DNA of 10,615 nucleotides, taken from the NCBI RefSeq assembly GCF_006345805.1, contig NW_021827360.1, forward strand, positions 1 to 10,615, in the 5' to 3' direction. This DNA is from Octopus sinensis. Its lineage: Eukaryota. Position 1 is the stretch's first letter; each line of letters opens with the position of its first letter. Positions 8,027 to 10,615 of the stretch are shown one piece after another. Under the pieces are notes generated by a model. That model was not told the DNA's origin. It made no database searches and saw only the letters and a list, made by a program, of their open reading frames with translations. A program made the position numbers and the translations under genes.

Positions 8027-8316
8027 CTTTAAGATTAGAGAGTGATAGCGATTGATGTGGAGCTTTTTCTGCATGGTCGAGGTCGAGCAATTTGACGCAG
8101 CTTTGAAACGCTGGTTCTTTTTTCCGGGATTGCAAACGTAATACTCCTGTTTGTACTTTCACCTTTTCATCCCCAAATGTACTTGGTGAGTGCTGTGGGT
8201 GTTGTTTTTTTGTTTTTTTCCACTGCGGAAACGGACTGAAAACATTTTGAGCAAATGGCCCCTTGAAGCTTTGCTGATTTAGTCCCATGGCAGTATCGAT
8301 TGAGCAGATGTATAAT
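8027..8316 (-). CDS. Candidate coding exon of an unidentified gene (possibly the first coding exon, ATG at 8288)
   Basis: The longest non-repeat ORF in the track (104 aa). Acceptor-like GTTTTTGGTCACAG|A at 8317/8316, strong Kozak GCCATGG at 8288, donor AAAG|GTAATT at 8027/8026 just before the stop. 87 codons MGLNQQSFKGPFAQ...HQSLSLSNLK. No recognisable domain. Confidence 0.45.
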
Positions 8317-8376
8317 CTGTGACCAAAAACCACCTAACCTTTTTAGAGATCATGCACTATATTGCCTTTCCTTTGC

Positions 8377-8448
8377 TTTTAACGAGTTGGGTATGGTTTG
8401 TGGGAGATTTAGCTGCTACTTCTAGCAGACTGAACAACCCCATAGAGA
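8377..8448. mobile_element. Family X fragment (reverse)
   Basis: Reverse complement CTGCTAGAAGTAGCAGCTAAATCTCCC matches 2017-2045. Confidence 0.55.
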
Positions 8449-8482
8449 CATAGTATGTAGCTGATCAGCCTGCTATTTGTCG

Positions 8483-8602
8483 TGACGTCAACGTGAGATA
8501 GGCTTTATTATTGATGTGTCTAGCTTTCAACACTAATTGCATTTTTCTTCATATGATTGTGATACGGTAGGGATATTTTTGGCATTTTGACTCATGTGAC
8601 GT
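8483..8602. promoter_or_regulatory. CRE, AP-1 and half-CRE sites upstream of the candidate exon
   Basis: TGACGTCA 8483-8490, TGACTCA 8588-8594, TGACGT 8597-8602. Confidence 0.35.
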
Positions 8603-8644
8603 ACGATACATTCTACGTGCAACTGCAGTTGTTAACCTTCTTCT

Positions 8645-8951
8645 GGGCAATGGCTCAGTGGTTAGAGCAGCGGACTCGCGGTCTTAGGACCGCGGTTTCG
8701 ATTCCCAGACCGGGCGTTGTGAGTGTTTATTGAGCGAAAACACCTAAAGCTCCACGAGACTCCGGCAGGGAGTGGTAGCGATCCCTGCTGTACTTTTTCG
8801 CCACAACTTTCTCTCACTCATTCTTCTGTTGGCCTGCTCGCTTAGCCAGCAGGGAGGCATCATTTGAAGACTAAAACAATGCGAAGCGCATTGTGACCAG
8901 TGATGTGTAGCAACATCTGATAGCCTGGTCGGTCATGGTGATCACGGTGAT
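8645..8951 (+). mobile_element. tRNA-derived SINE family D
   Basis: A box TGGCTCAGTGG and B box GTTTCGATTCC, followed by a ~230-bp non-tRNA body and a (CACGGTGAT)-like tandem tail running into a microsatellite. Confidence 0.85.
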
Positions 8952-9009
8952 ATTATATATATATATTGTATATATACAAACCCGTGAATACATATATAAA
9001 TAGATTTAT

Positions 9010-9053
<44 letters not shown>

Positions 9054-9054
9054 A

Positions 9055-9099
<45 letters not shown>

Positions 9100-9146
9100 T
9101 ATATATATATATGTACATACATATATATATATGCATATGCATACAT
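8950..9146. repeat. Compound (TA)n/(CA)n microsatellite
   Basis: Directly visible. Confidence 0.95.
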
Positions 9147-9156
9147 AATCACTTTA

Positions 9157-9325
9157 GGTGCAGGCATTGCTGTATGGTTAAAAAGTTTGCTTGGCAAGCA
9201 GACGGTTTCGGGTTCGATTCTACTACGCGGCACCTTGAGTGGGGGAAGTCTTTTCAATTTCAGCCCCGGACTCTGATGAATGGTTTATGAATAAACTTGA
9301 TAGACGGAAACTGTGTGGAAGACCA
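9157..9325 (+). mobile_element. SINE family C, old diverged 5' half
   Basis: AGGTGCAGGCATTGCTGTATGG...GGGTTCGATTC...GGCACCTTGAG...TAGACGGAAACTG aligns with the 5' parts of the 4872 and 6618 copies. Confidence 0.8.
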
Positions 9326-9663
9326 TAACCCTTTTTAAATTTTTTATTTTTATCCTTTCTTAAGCTCTTAATCTCTGAAAGAGCTTTTATTCCTTTGCTG
9401 TAGTTATTATCCTTACTTCCACGTATACTGGTGATTCATGTTATTTAGTCTCTAATTCAATTTCAAATCGTTTTTAGATGTTTATATTTTTTCGTCAGCA
9501 GTCAAACGATTTTATCCAAAAGATTGTTGTTATTTTGTAACTTAATATCCCACTGTCCAATCAACTTCGAATATTTATTTGATTATTCACTAAACAATTA
9601 CCTCTGTACAATTAATAAACATTGATAAATCATAATATTGCTCAGAAAAAAAAAAAATTCCCG

Positions 9664-9702
9664 GTTGTCTGATGATCGATTTCGTGAAACTAGGTGTAAG
9701 AG
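9664..9702 (+). ncRNA. Minimal hammerhead-ribozyme-like motif (probably a degenerate Penelope-like element relic)
   Basis: CTGATGA (9669-9675), 10 nt, GAAAC (9686-9690), TAGGT, GTA, AGAG. Core boxes are intact, but helix II lacks the G-C closing pair and helix I is imperfect. Confidence 0.4.
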
Positions 9703-9778
9703 TTTTTCAGCTTCTATAATACATTATTTTACTTTAGCTTTGATATTTGAGTATTAATGTCTTCGACTTATTTGCACC

Positions 9779-10214
9779 GAATCTTTTCGGTTTGAACGGC
9801 AGTTTTTTCTAGCGGTGTCATATGAAATTGTCACCCATAATTATGACCCTAGTATCGATCTATTGCATTTCAATCTGTTTTAGGGTTAGGGTTAGTTAGG
9901 GTTAGGGTTAGTGTTAGGGGTGGGGGGAAGGGTATCTTTTTTCTTCAGAAATCTAAATAAACCCAATCCGTTTCTTAAACGAAGGACATATTCATACGGC
10001 ACAGAATGTTTTCACCTCAATAGACGTCATTGATTGGTTGAAATTGCAGAAATTGAAGTAAAAAACAACAAATATCTTACAAACTATAGAATTTTCTCAA
10101 TAAAACCAAGAGAAAAAGATGTTTTATAAAGACATTCTATCAGTATACGCAGTTTAAAAGTGTTTAGTTACGTGGAAATTATTTTTAAAAACTGCCGTTC
10201 AAACCGAAAAGATC
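9779..10214. mobile_element. Non-autonomous DNA transposon (MITE), Mutator-like by its 9-bp TSD, with internal TTAGGG repeats
   Basis: Perfect 27-bp inverted repeats ATCTTTTCGGTTTGAACGGCAGTTTTT (9781-9807 / 10187-10213). Direct repeat ATTTGCACC at 9770-9778 and 10215-10223. No ORF in the track. Confidence 0.93.
9880..9932 (+). repeat. Interstitial telomere-type (TTAGGG)n array inside the MITE
   Basis: TTAGGG at 9880, 9886, 9896, 9902 and 9914, with TTAG and TTAGTG variants, followed by G6 and G3 runs. Confidence 0.9.
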
Positions 10215-10429
10215 ATTTGCACCTGTGTGCTCACAAGTGTATGTTTATAAGTATACATTTAAGAACGAGAATCTGAAAGTCGACACCTTGTGTTTTTCCT
10301 AATTACATTTTCAATTTCAAGTCGAACGAACTGAAAATTCACACAGAAAGCATGGACATGCTCTTTCTTCGTCAGTTATCGTCCAAAAATCATTACAATT
10401 TCACGCCTTTAACTTTGATATTCATGATA

Positions 10430-10615
10430 GATCGCCATGATTGATCGCTAGCCACTAAACATTTTCTCTTTTCTCACCCTGTTTATTTCTGTGTTCCTTT
10501 CTGTCGACGAGCATAGGCTCGAAACGTAAAAGACTTTCTCACTTCCCAAACGTTAAACTAATACATCTGTTTGTTGTTTACACACCCGTCTTTGTCTTGT
10601 AAATTCTCTATCTCT
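10430..10615 (+). mobile_element. Probable Penelope-like element 3'/pLTR remnant with a hammerhead-like motif
   Basis: Pyrimidine-rich tract then CTGTCGACGAGCATAGGCTCGAAACGTA (10501-10528), i.e. GANGA-G...C-GAAAC-GUA. I recall this layout from PLE pseudo-LTRs. Boundaries are approximate. Confidence 0.5.

Noticed and set aside
8101-8185. Alternative plus-strand mini-exon (GCAG|CTTTGAAACG...TACTTG|GTGAGT; FETLVLFSGIANVILLFVLSPFHPQMYL)
   Set aside because: The donor is good but the acceptor is weak and the frame short; it overlaps the better-supported minus-strand ORF. Not fully excluded without RNA-seq.
9880-9920. True telomere or chromosome-fusion scar
   Set aside because: Short, single-orientation array enclosed by TIRs and a TSD, so it is part of a transposon.

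Overview
Repeat-dominated eukaryotic DNA. The SINE families and very dense (TA)/(CA)/(TACA) microsatellites look like an octopus (coleoid cephalopod) genome; this is by recognition, not a database search. The window is probably intronic. Most ORF-track entries are microsatellite or SINE artefacts. Supported content: a decayed RLE-type (HERO/NeSL-like) non-LTR retrotransposon (1-960); a reverse-transcriptase relic (4317-4570); about a dozen tRNA-derived SINE copies from at least four families; and an intact 436-bp MITE (9779-10214) with perfect 27-bp TIRs, a 9-bp TSD and internal TTAGGG telomere-type repeats. Two degenerate minimal hammerhead-ribozyme-like motifs flank the MITE (9669 and 10501). 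One unique-sequence island (7780-8640) holds a candidate minus-strand coding exon, bracketed by CRE/AP-1 sites upstream and a dense TF-motif cluster downstream. No gene could be named.
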